Shown one piece after another: positions 1 to 64,000 of a stretch of 64,000 nucleotides of DNA. The position numbers and the translations under genes are program-made. The first letter of the stretch is position 1; every line of letters begins with the position of its first letter. The stretch is from Octopus sinensis (lineage: Eukaryota), in assembly GCF_006345805.1 (NCBI RefSeq), contig NC_043010.1, positions 14,384,001 to 14,448,000 of the forward strand. The letters run 5' to 3'. The notes beneath the pieces were generated by a model. It was not told the DNA's origin. It saw only the letters and a program-made list of their open reading frames with translations, and did not search any database.

Positions 1-150
1 AGTTGAGCAAATCGACCCTGGGACTTATTCTTTTTGTAAGCCCAGTACTTATTCTATCGGTCTCTTTTGCCGAACCGCTAAGTAACGGGGACGTAAACAC
101 AACAGCATCGGTTGTCAAGCAATGCTAGAGGGACAAACACAGACACACAA

Positions 151-181
<31 letters not shown>

Positions 182-353
182 CATATATACGACAGGCTTC
201 TTTCAGTGTCCGTCTACCAAATCCACTCACAAGGCATTGGTCGGCCCGGGGCTATAGCAGAAGACACTTGCCCAAGATGTCACGCAGTGGGACTGAACCC
301 GGAACCATGTGGCTGGTTAGCAAGCTACTTACCACACAGCCACTCCTGCGCCT
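1..353 (-). mobile_element. SINE family A (tRNA-like head, internal (TA/TG)n, 3' module ending TGAAACAAGTAAAAGAG); tail cut by window edge
   Basis: Head AGGCGCAGGAGTGGCTGTGTGGTAAG...GGTTCAGTCCC has Pol III A/B-box-like motifs; about 15 near-identical copies in window. Confidence 0.85.
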
Positions 354-1620
354 ATGTGAATATTTATTTTTAGAATGTCAATGTAGGTTAGGTGCGAGAG
401 GCTAGATATGGCCAGTTGAAATGTAAAACACAGAATATTTGGGCCGGATGTGGCCCGTTTAAACACTAAAGGGCTAAACATGGGCATGTTAGATAACGCA
501 GTTCTAGTTGCATTTGGGGTGGGGTGGGTGCGGGGGTTGGAGAGGGAGGACAGGGTGGTCATAGGTCTATAGTGCTATGTGACACTCCCTCCTAATTGTT
601 GTCTGGAGTTTCACCTGCTGCTGAATCTAGTCTGTATTTCCTCATTTCTGTGAGTCATTGTTGTTTGTCAGTCAGCCAGTCATCTTCACTTGTAAATATT
701 ATGGCCCGGGGAGAGAGAAAGAGCAAGCGCTGGAGTGTCCTTCAATTTTGGCTTGTATAAACATTAGATTGTGTTTTCTCTCATTGCTGTTCTTACCTTC
801 GTTTGGACCTTAGATTCAAAGTTTTTTTATTTTGTGAAGATTAAAAAACATACCATTTTTTGGGGGGGGAAATTTTAGGCTTTATGATGTAATGCTTGTG
901 TATCCTGTATATATGTGTGTGTGTGTATAACCTGTTACTAATTCTCTATTGTATATGTATTTGTTACACAAACACCAGTTTTTACAACCACTTTTGAATA
1001 TCCTGTTATACACCAAATTCTACCACACACACACACACACTCTCTCTCTCTCTCTGTCGCTCGCACACACTTTACATTGTTAGCTTAAGTCCGCTTTGCT
1101 TTTCATACTCCAGGATCAATAAAATAAGTCCTGGTATTGATGTAACTGGCTTGACCTTAAAAGGCAGTGCAATAGCATGGCAACAGCCCAATGGCCAAAC
1201 CCACTGAATACTCATACTCAATAAAATTTGTTTTCATTGTGTTTATTACAAAATTTGAATTGTTATTTTAAACTCCTATGTTACTTATGGCCCATCCTAT
1301 TTAAATTACATTTTTCCTCATTGTTAATTTGATCTCCAGAGTATTTTTTTTTTTTATATAATTCACTATGTTTCAGTTGGTTTAATTTCCAATCACCATG
1401 TGTCTGATTCCTTGATGTGTGTGTAACTCTTACGTTAGATTTAATCCAGAAACTTCTATTGCTTAATTAAAGATAGTTCTTACCCAAGCAGTCACCAGTG
1501 TGTACAGTCTGGGATTATATCCATATACACATTCAGGAATGAGACTTGATAATGGTTGTAAATGAAACTGATTGAAATATGTGGATCTAAGCATACACAC
1601 ACATGGACACGCACGCGTGC

Positions 1621-1785
1621 GCGACGGGCTTCTTTCAGTTTCCGTCTACCAAATCCACTCACAAGGCTTTGGTCGGCCCGAGGCTATAGTAGAAGACACT
1701 TGCCCAAGGTGCCACGCAGTGGTACTGAACCCGGAACCATGTGGTTGGTAAGCAAGCTACTTACCACACAGCCAATCCTACGCCT
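1621..1785 (-). mobile_element. SINE A, head-only copy
   Basis: Matches family A head and stops at the microsatellite. Confidence 0.8.
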
Positions 1786-3048
1786 ATGCAGATAAGAAAA
1801 ATTCAAAGAATTGTATAAGACAAATGCTCACTCTGTGTGTATGTATATTTGTGTATACACCATAAGTATGCACACACATGTATGTTTATATGTGTACATG
1901 TTTACATTCCTGTGTACATGTGTAATATATAGTTTATAGATTAGAGACAGGTATTCTTCGTAGAGAATTCACTTTGTAGTGCTCAAGAAATTTAAACTTG
2001 AGCGGGTAGAGGAGTAAAGGTAAGGACAAGCAAGTTCGGCAAGACAATATACAAAAAATATTAAATAAATTTAATATAAAAAATGTGTTTGCATATAAAA
2101 AAAGGTCTGATTTACACAGAATAGAAATGATGTCAGGAATTAAAGGGGTTGAATAATTTAATTCCTGATATTTCTATTCTGTGTAAGTTGGACCATTTTA
2201 TGTGTAAACATTCAATATTTCTAATTTCGGTGATCAGTAAATAAATTTTACTGAAAATAGTATATATTTGCGAAGAGGTTGCAGTCATCTCAGCGAGCGA
2301 GACTGGCTACCCTGGACTGACGACGAGCAATAGACTCAGAAACCTATGTCTTCAGGTGCCTTGTCCCGGCTTGCGGGGGGTGATTGCCTCCCCTTTACAA
2401 ATACAAAGACACAGAAAATGTATCATAGCCGACAGGAGACGTCGATGTTTCCTAGGGCTAAATGGCGGTGGTGTAATTCCGTTACGGGACTGTCACATTG
2501 AGTTGACCGTATACGACCACTATACTGCTCCACCACCGCTCATGTCTCTGAGACATTTAGAAATTCAATATTTCTAATAACATGTATTTAATATTTTTTG
2601 TATATCTATTTACATGTATGGGTGTGCATGTGAATACATAATTGGTTGGCTGTCTTCATATTGTTTTGTGTGTATACCATATGTATATACATGGTATACT
2701 GTGATGTGCGTTTTGTAATGCATCATTCTGTACACCAGTTTCTCTGAGTACCTTGTGTAACAGCACACTGTTGCAGCTGTATATTCATCCTTAAACCACT
2801 TTTGTAGTGCATTTAGCAGAGTCCATTCCATTGTAAGCATTTGAGTGAGTGTTCGTTGGTTTGAGCACTGCCTCTTTCCACCAATCTTAGTTGCTTCCAA
2901 AAATGGCCATGGTTTGTTGTTTCTCATCTTCTCAACCAGTGGTTTTCAATCTTTTGGATTTCACTATGCTCTTCTAACCCCTCCCATTTTGGAAAAAAAA
3001 AACAGATGTAAAAATGAATAAAATTAACGAACTTTGCATGGAAAATTT

Positions 3049-3101
<53 letters not shown>

Positions 3102-3106
<5 letters not shown>

Positions 3107-3259
3107 CTTCTTTCAGTCTCCGTCTGCCAAATCCATTCACAAGGCTTTGGTCGGCCCAAGGCTATAGAAGACACTTGCCCAAGGTGCCACGCAGTGAGAC
3201 TGAGCCCGGAACCATGTGGTTGGTAAGCAAGCTACTTACCACACAGCCACTCCTGTGCC
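3102..3259 (-). mobile_element. SINE A, head-only copy followed by (TG)n
   Basis: Matches family A head; (CA)n at 3050-3103 on plus strand. Confidence 0.8.
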
Positions 3260-4344
3260 ATTATATATGTATATATAATATATAAAACTATTGCGTACAT
3301 TGTTTTATTAACCATTCTTGTGACTGTTACGAATATTGTCCTGAGATGCTCACGCTTCAGCATGGGTTTTCCAAAGTCCTTAAAATTCTATTTTGGAAAA
3401 TCTGTAGTAGTCACACTCAGGTTGCCCTTGAAGTACACCATTGTACTGTGGAGTGCTGTTTGAGAGGCCCTGCTCTAAGCCATAGTAAAATGGAATCCAC
3501 ACACTCGTGCACACATTCACACTCATTCATGCACTGACATATTTGAGCGTTTACTCACTCATTTACACCATTTACTCGTGTTCACTCGCACGCTCTTCCG
3601 TTTACACTCCTTACATAAACACTTTCACAGAGGCATGTATTTACTTATCACCATGAAATTTTACACCTCATCATGTACCTTATCACCATGAAATTTTACA
3701 CCTCATGTCCCCACCCTGCTCTGAATATGATCATATCACATGCACGTCATATATATATATATATATATATGCACACATTCCTGCTACATTTATGCACATG
3801 CATATTCAGAATCCAAATGGAATGAAAGAGGTAATTTAAAACCAGTTTGGTCTCATCATTGACTTCCTTAATTGAGAACAAGTTAAAAATTGATGGTTGA
3901 ACCAATAAAAATGCAGAGATTTTTCTGGTGCTGTTGTCTACTATATTGAAATGTTTAAATGTTTTAGTTAGCCTGCCCCTTGGTCTGTGATGACTGAGCT
4001 TGACAGCAGTTGTAAGGTAGATGATACGGGGTAAGTGCAGTTCATCTCGGTATGAGGCTGGCTACTTGTAAATTGTTTTGCGTTGCTCTTATCCACCCCC
4101 CTCCACCACCATACCTTTATCTCTCCTCCTCCCTCTCTCTCTCTAACGAGAAATAAGGCTGGAGAAGAAATGCCTGTCGCAAAGTGTGTTTCGTAAAAGA
4201 TGGAAGTCTATAGCAAGTATGTTGCGAGTGAAAGAACCTGTTTAATCGAGAATGTAAAAAAAGTAGAAATCAAAGTCTTCAGTGTGAGTATGTGGTTTGT
4301 GGGGTCAACCGCATCCTCCTCTTCATTTTTTGTTATTCACTCAT

Positions 4345-4730
4345 TCTCATTTACTTGTTTCAGTCATTTGACTGCGGCCATGCTGGAGCACCGCCTTTAG
4401 TCGAGCAAATCGACCCCGGGACTTATTTTTTGTAAGCCCAGTACTTATTCTATCGGTCTCTTTTGCCGAACTGCTAAGTGACGGGGACGTAAACACACCA
4501 GCATTGGTTGTCAAGCAATGCTAGGGGGACAAACACAGACACACAAACATACACATACATATATATATATACATATATATGATGGGCTTCTTTCAGTTTC
4601 CGTCTACCAAATCCACTCACAAGGCATTGGTTGGCCTGGGCTATAGCAGAAGACACTTGCCCAAGATGCCACACAGTGGGACTGAACCCGGAACCATGTG
4701 GTTGGTTAGCAAGCTACTTACCACACAGCC
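4345..4730 (-). mobile_element. SINE A
   Basis: Full head, microsatellite and tail match to other copies. Confidence 0.85.
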
Positions 4731-5461
4731 ATATTTTAAGTGTTTGTTTATTCATACGTTTCGTCTCATTCGATACCCTGACCCCCAACGTTTGTTTTGT
4801 CCCCTCTTTTTCTCAACCTTATGGTGAATAAAGAAATACTCTCTCTCTCTCTCTCTGCATTGAGCATTTTATGGTGTTGTATGGAGAAGCTGTATGTGCA
4901 GCATCATCATCATCATCATTTAACGTCCTCTTTCTATGCTGGCATGGGTTTGACGATTTGACAGGGAACCGGCTAGCAGGGAGCTGTCCAGATTCTGTTG
5001 TGGTGTGGTGTGGTTTCTACAGCTGGATGCCCTTCCTAACGCCAGACTGTGCTGGGTGCTTTTGACATGCCACTGGCATGAGTGCATTTATGTAGCATTG
5101 GCATGGGTACGATAACACATATGTATGCATATCTTGTGGAAATAACTGTAGCATCAATTGTAAGATACTTCGGTTCCTGATGAGCCCCTTCCTTAATCCT
5201 ATAAATTGTGAGGGAAATTTCCTTAGGGAAGTATTCTGAATACAAAATATAAATACAATTAATGTTGTGAGTTGAAAAAACAGTAATCAATTGGGATTAA
5301 CTATATTTGGAGACAAAATATGCATATTTTTTGCTAAAGAGGTCTAATAATGCTGAAACATATCTGCTTTCACCAGTTGGCTTAAAGATCAGATTTATCT
5401 TCGTATTTTCTACATTTTCAAAATATCAAGTTAGTTACCCCCTTGCCTTTTTCTTTCTTTC

Positions 5462-5828
5462 TTTTCTTTTACTTGTTTCAGTCATTTGACTGCAGCCATG
5501 CTGGAGCACTGCCTTTAGGCGAGCAAATTGACCCCGGGACTTATTCTATTGGTCTCTTTTTGCTGAACCACTAAGTGAAGGGGACTTAAACACACCAGCA
5601 TCGGTTGTCAAGCAATGCTAAGGGGACAAACACGGGCACACAAACACACACACACATACATATATACGACAGGCTTCTTGCAGTTTCCGTCTACCAAATC
5701 CACTCGAGGCATTGGTCGGCCCAGGGCTATAGCTGGAGACACTTGCCCAAGGTGCCACACAGTGGGACTGAACCCGGAACCATGTGGTTGGTTAGCAAGC
5801 TACTTACCACACAGCCACTCCTGCGCCT
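5462..5828 (-). mobile_element. SINE A
   Basis: Match to family A. Confidence 0.85.
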
Positions 5829-6189
5829 TTTTTTTTTTTGTTAACAGATTAACCCTGCAGAATCTCTGCAGATTATAGGTGTTTCCAACACACTATATTA
5901 AATGTGAGAGCTTATCTTAATCCTTTCGACTTGAGAGTAGTTGTTCCAGCCATGACAACACTGTCTTTTATTCAGCTAGTGTGTTTTTGTGCTACTTTAA
6001 TGTCCTTCCTTTTTTTTTTTTTAAAGACAGTCGTGTGTGATTTGAGAGATTTTATTGCTATTTCTGGCAAATTGACAGACTGTTCAGAGCCCCCCTCATC
6101 TTTTAATGTTGATAATTTTATTTTATTCGAGACTGTACAAAAGCTCTCTTTCATTTAATATTTAGAGTTTAAATGTTGAATTGAAGTTG

Positions 6190-6562
6190 TTTTATTTGTT
6201 TCGGTCATTTGACTGCAGCCATTCTGGAGCAATGCCTTGAAGGGTTTAGTTCAACAAATTGACCGCAGGAGTTAAGTCTAGTACTTATTCTATCAGCAGT
6301 CTCTTTTGCTGAACTGTTAAGTTACAGGGTCATAAACACACCAACACCAGCTGTCAGGCAGCGATGGAAGGACAGACAGACAGACAGACACACATATATG
6401 ATGGGCTTCTTTCAGTTTCCATCTACCAAGTCCATTCACAAAACTTTGGTTGGCTTGAAACTATAGTAGAAGACACTTGCCCAAGGTGCCATGCAGTGGG
6501 ACTGAACCCAGAACCATGTGGTTGGGAAGCAAGCTTCTTACCACACAGCTATGCCTGTGCCT
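6190..6562 (-). mobile_element. SINE A, older diverged copy
   Basis: Diverged match along the whole length. Confidence 0.7.
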
Positions 6563-6887
6563 ATTAGTATAAATAATAGAACATTTATCTATTGAAAATC
6601 TCAGTACTGAGAATAGGGTCAGATTTATTATAAAGTTAATTTTGACTGAAACTTCACTGCTTAGCATTTGGATTTTTGTTAAATGCTGTGCTTATTTATC
6701 TACATTGTTTTGAATTAATCCTGCATTATCTTGTGGCTTCGAGATTTTGATAACGTGATTATTTTTAGAATGACATTGTAGAGCGTGCGTGAGAGGCTAG
6801 ATCTGGCTGGCTTGGGCATAAAACAGGTAGACTGTTTTTGTTGGATACGATCAGTTTAAATGCTAAAGAGTTTAAGACTCTGTCTTA

Positions 6888-7118
6888 AGGCGGCGAGCTG
6901 GCAGAAACGTTAGCACACCGGGCGAAATGCTTAGCGGTATTTCGTCTGCGTTACGTTGTGAGTTCAAATTCCGCCGAGGTCGACTTTGCCTTTCCTTCTT
7001 TCGGGGTCGATAAATTAAGTACCAGTTACGCACTGGGGTCGATGTAATCGACTTAATACCTATGTCTGTCCTTGTTTGTCCCCTCTGTGTTTAGCCCCTT
7101 GTGGGTAATAAAGAAATA
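6888..7118 (+). mobile_element. SINE family B, young (GGCGGCGAGCTGGCAG head, GAGTTCAAATTCC B-box, central GACTTTGCCTTTCATCCTTTCGGGGTCGATAAA domain)
   Basis: Flanked by GTTTAAGAC(T/C)CTGTC repeats at 6870-6884 and 7120-7134. Confidence 0.85.
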
Positions 7119-7619
7119 GGTTTAAGACCCTGTCAACACAAATGTTTTTTGTGTTTAATGATGTTTCCTTGACATTAATGCTTCCTTGACACCTCTCACT
7201 CATAATGACTTTATATTTTGGCAGAATTCCTTATTTTTCTTAGATTTTATACCTCTTAACCATGATCAAGGAAGATCTGGAGAGAATTATCTAACCTCAT
7301 TTTCCTGGAATGTAGCACAAGTGAAACCAAAGCCTTAGTTTTTGGATGACATAGAGAGACAGTGCAGTTCAGTACTGTTAATATTACTACCAGTTAAGTT
7401 CTTGAAAGCCAATGAAACAGATTTGATGGAAATATCAGAGGCTTAACGATAAGTTCAACACCTCAGGAATGCCTTATTGCTGTAATTATTTAGTTGCTGA
7501 TATGTGCATCACATCTCTCTGCACATATTGGTATCATTGTCACTGTAGGTCTCTATCTTTATATAAGGCATGTTACCTCTGATGTGTACAACCTTCAGTC
7601 TTAGGCCAGCGTGGGGAAA

Positions 7620-7800
7620 CCTTTATATGGCCACTCAACCTGCTAGAAATAGCTACCAAATCTCTACTCTCTTACCATTTTGAAAATAGAAACATTGAAC
7701 AGTGGTGTAATCCTTGATGTATGAAACAACTGTATGGTCATAGCTGCAATGCCTTTGATCATAGGTCTGTTTGTTTAGGGTTCACTTAAGGATAAACAAC
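7620..7800 (+). repeat. Old interspersed repeat (CACTCAACCTGCTAGAAATAGC..GCCTTTGATCATAGGTCTG)
   Basis: Diverged relatives at about 8540-8690 (minus), 10480-10540, 16420-16580, 28440-28590 and 55530-55620 (minus). Confidence 0.55.
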
Positions 7801-8244
7801 TCCTTCAGCCTCTTCTCCCAGCTGAAAGTCCTCCACCTTCACAACCATGCAGTATCTGCTCTGTTTCCCTCTGATAGTCTTCTCCAGTCTCTGCTTGTTC
7901 TCTACCATCACTGTGATTGTTTATCAAGTCCTTCTAAATCCCCGACCTTCATTGTCATATAATTATACATCCAATAAGTGTATACTACACAGTTGCCATA
8001 ATCCTCGCAGGCTGTCTACTTTAATTTCTATGTGTTTCACTGCTACATGGTAACATGTCTTTGCTGAAAGAATCCATTTTGTTGTTGTTGTCAACACGGA
8101 CTGGGCTTCTCTTAACACTGGAATTCATTATAATCTGGGTTTTTTTTGTTTGTTTTTAGATTCTTTTATTTGAGGTGGGGTATTTTATCCCTAGCAAAAT
8201 ACGTTTATGAATAAAAATATAGTTACCATTAAGTTTTTATAAAA

Positions 8245-8458
8245 ACTGGCGACCGACCCGACTGGCCTCCGTGCCGGTGGCACGTAAAAAGCACCCACTA
8301 CACTCATGGAGTGGTTGGCGTTAGGAAGGACATCAAGCTGTAGAAACACTGCCAGATCAGACTGGGCCTGGTGCAGCCTTCTGGCTTCCCAGACCCCAGT
8401 TGAACCATCCAACCCATGCTAGCATAGAAAGCAGACGTTAAACGACGACGATGATGAT
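8245..8458 (+). mobile_element. SINE/LINE-tail family C (GGCGTTAGGAAGGGCATCCAGCTGTAGAAA motif; terminal hairpin CGTCC..CCATGCTAGCATGG..GGACG; (GAT)n tail)
   Basis: About 16 copies. The GGAAGGGCATCC motif and 3-nt repeat tail recall RTE-related elements (from memory). Confidence 0.75.
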
Positions 8459-8810
8459 ATTAACCAGATACAAAAATAAAGTATATAAAAATATAGTTAC
8501 CATTCAGTTAATCTTGATCCAAATAACTTATCAAAGCCATTCTAGTTGTGACTGTTTCAGCTTTGTTAGGGTTATCAAGGATTGCTTCACCCAAAGAACA
8601 TATTGTATGGTGTGATTTAAGGATTTGTTCACTATTTTTCGTAGGTTGAGCAGTGATATAGAAGCTCTATCATTGGCTCATTAAAATACCAGTAATACCT
8701 TGCATTAAATAAAACCCATTATCACAATCTTATTCTTTAAAAATTGTTCTTGTAGCTAACGAAAAATATATTTTACTAAAATGCTTTTTTTTTCTCTTTT
8801 CTGGTTATAG

Positions 8811-62273
<53,463 letters not shown>

Positions 62274-62330
62274 GTGAGTATTTCTGTCTGGGTAATGTAA
62301 TTTGGTGAGTTTGGAGGGTTTGTTGTTTAA

Positions 62331-62549
62331 CCCTTTGGTGTTTAAGCCGACCATATCTGGCCCAAATATCCTACGTTTTACATTCAAACTGGCCATATCT
62401 AGCGCCTCACACCTAACCTACATTGACATTCTAAGAATAAACTATCACACCATTGAAATTTCAAAGCTGTAAGATAATGTATGATTAATTCAAAACAATT
62501 TGAGGGGGAAAAGTATTACATTTGACAGATTAATCTGAACACTAAAGGG
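62331..62549. mobile_element. piggyBac-like MITE (family G), 57 bp downstream of exon J
   Basis: TTAA|CCCTTT ... AAAGGG|TTAA; partial relatives at about 362-477, 6655-6875, 21560-21724 and 35345-35918. Confidence 0.78.
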
Positions 62550-62797
62550 TTAAGGTTGAACGGAATGGCAAACAAAATGTAAGGTGAATAGAATGGGCTT
62601 AGTGACCTATTCATCCTTGTCATCATATGTCGGTTTTCCATGCTAGCATGGGTTGGACGGTTTGACAGGAGTGGCCTAGGCTCCACGTCTGTTTTTGACA
62701 TGGTTTCTATGGTCGGAATCACCTTCCTAATGCCAAACGCTTTACAGTGTGTACTGGGTGCTTTTATTCTGTACTAGTGTGGGTGTATTTATGTGGC

Positions 62798-64000
62798 ACT
62801 GATTTATGGTCCAATTCATTCCAAGTCATCGACTGGTTTAGCTCTGTTACTAATAAGAGGAGCACTAAGTTTATCCAGTTTGACATTTCTAGTTTTTATT
62901 CATCCATCAACCCAATAGTACTTAATAAGGTACTTTGGCTTGCTCATAACAAAGCTGGTCTCACCAGGGAAGAAATTAATATAGTGCTGGCAGCCAGAAA
63001 ATCTATCATAAAGTTTGACAATAAGTTGTGGGTCCGTAAAGACACACCTGATGGTTTTGATGTTACTATGGGAAGTTCTGATTCAGCACTAGTAACTGAT
63101 TTAGTCTGTATATATATATACTTTTCGAACTGGCAGAACAGTTCCCAAACATAAACGGAGGTTTATATCGTGATGATTGTTTACTTTACCCTCAAAATGT
63201 TTCCAACCAAAAAGTACAAAAAGTTAAGAATAGTTTAGTTAAGTTTTTTCCGTAGAATGGGCTCAAACATCGTTTTTGATGATGATGTAACGAAGGCCAA
63301 CTTTTTAGATATTACACTTAACTTACACAACAACTCGTACTTCCCATACCACAAACCATCAACCAATCTTAAGTATATTAGCAAATTCAGTGATCATTTG
63401 CAATGAACTTAGTTAAGAATTTTCATGTAGGTTGTCTAAGTTATCTGCTAATGTTGACATTTTCAATGATAAAGCAGAATTTTATAACTCTGTCTCACTT
63501 AAATCAGGTTATACAGAGAAAGTTACCTACATTAATTCCATTCAATCTTATTCTACCTTTACTAATGGAGATACGAAATTTAGTTATAAGGATATAAACA
63601 ATATCAATTCTAATTTATATGCTAACACCAAGCAGAAGGGAGATAACCCTTATTTAATCCCCTATTTTCGTTCTAAAAGTAAATCTGTCTTTCCAAGATA
63701 GTTACACTAAAAATAATACTTCACATAATACTAACATTAATTTAACTAATACCATCCATCCCGCTAGAAATATTAATAACAAGGTTATTGTATCTGAAGT
63801 CAATTACAACAGAATCAAGTTTGTCAAGTAACTCTAAAATTAAAAATTCTATATACCAGTGTAAAATTACTTCTGGTAATGAAGTACTTTTTTTTATATA
63901 GGAAGCTCATCTTAGTTATCTAAAAGAATTTCTAATCATTACTCTACATTTAGGGATAGGAATAAACATAACAGTATAGGGCTTAGTAAATTAATTTGGT
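62798..64000 (+). mobile_element. Decayed Penelope-like element: RT plus C-terminal GIY-YIG endonuclease
   Basis: KFIQFDISSFYSSI, FDVTMGSSDSALVTDLV, GGLYRDDCL, NFLDITLNL..PYHKP, KSGY, then IYQCKI..YIGSS..SKRISNHYSTF..GLSKLIW; frameshifts present. Confidence 0.8.

Noticed and set aside
112-405. Recurrent ORFs MSSNARG.., MLEGQT.., MDGSTGVWEARR.., MTTDAGVFT.. suggesting a multigene family
   Set aside because: All are chance reading frames of SINE A or C copies, with variable stops and frameshifts.
2610-2927. 105-aa minus-strand ORF
   Set aside because: No recognisable domain or splice context; the C-terminal part is TA/TG-rich sequence.
8210-8505. ATAAAAATATAGTTACCATT repeated near both sides of a family C copy as a possible TSD
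   Set aside because: The repeats do not abut the element ends (offsets of about 15 and 27 bp).
63380-63420. In-frame TGA in the Penelope-like RT as possible selenocysteine
   Set aside because: It lies in a frameshifted, decayed region with other stops, so it cannot be distinguished from decay.

Overview
Eukaryotic, AT-rich, repeat-dense genomic DNA. The repeat landscape looks like a coleoid cephalopod (Octopus-like); this is inferred from recalled SINE families, not verified. The window lies almost entirely inside one plus-strand gene, the beta-TrCP (BTRC/FBXW11/slimb) F-box/WD40 ubiquitin-ligase adaptor. Ten GT-AG coding exons (8811-62273) join in frame to 1326 nt (442 codons), covering the dimerisation domain, the F-box and most WD40 repeats. 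The start codon exon(s) and last exon(s) were not found in the window. Introns (0.76-21 kb) hold several tRNA-derived SINE families, RTE/CR1/R4-like/APE LINE remnants, a Penelope-like element, mariner, Tc1 and Tigger remnants, Merlin-like and piggyBac-like MITEs, a non-autonomous Helitron, and mini/microsatellites. Most ORFs in the supplied track are SINE or microsatellite artefacts. I found no convincing new protein-coding system. The most interesting signals are mechanistic: a TSD-flanked, 5'-inverted RTE insertion with a twin-priming signature, modular SINEs that swap 3' halves, a 41-bp TSD, nested TTAA MITEs, head-to-tail SINE arrays, and inverted SINE pairs that could drive dsRNA editing or back-splicing. 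Repeat coordinates are approximate (about +/-10-30 bp); exon coordinates were counted to the base.
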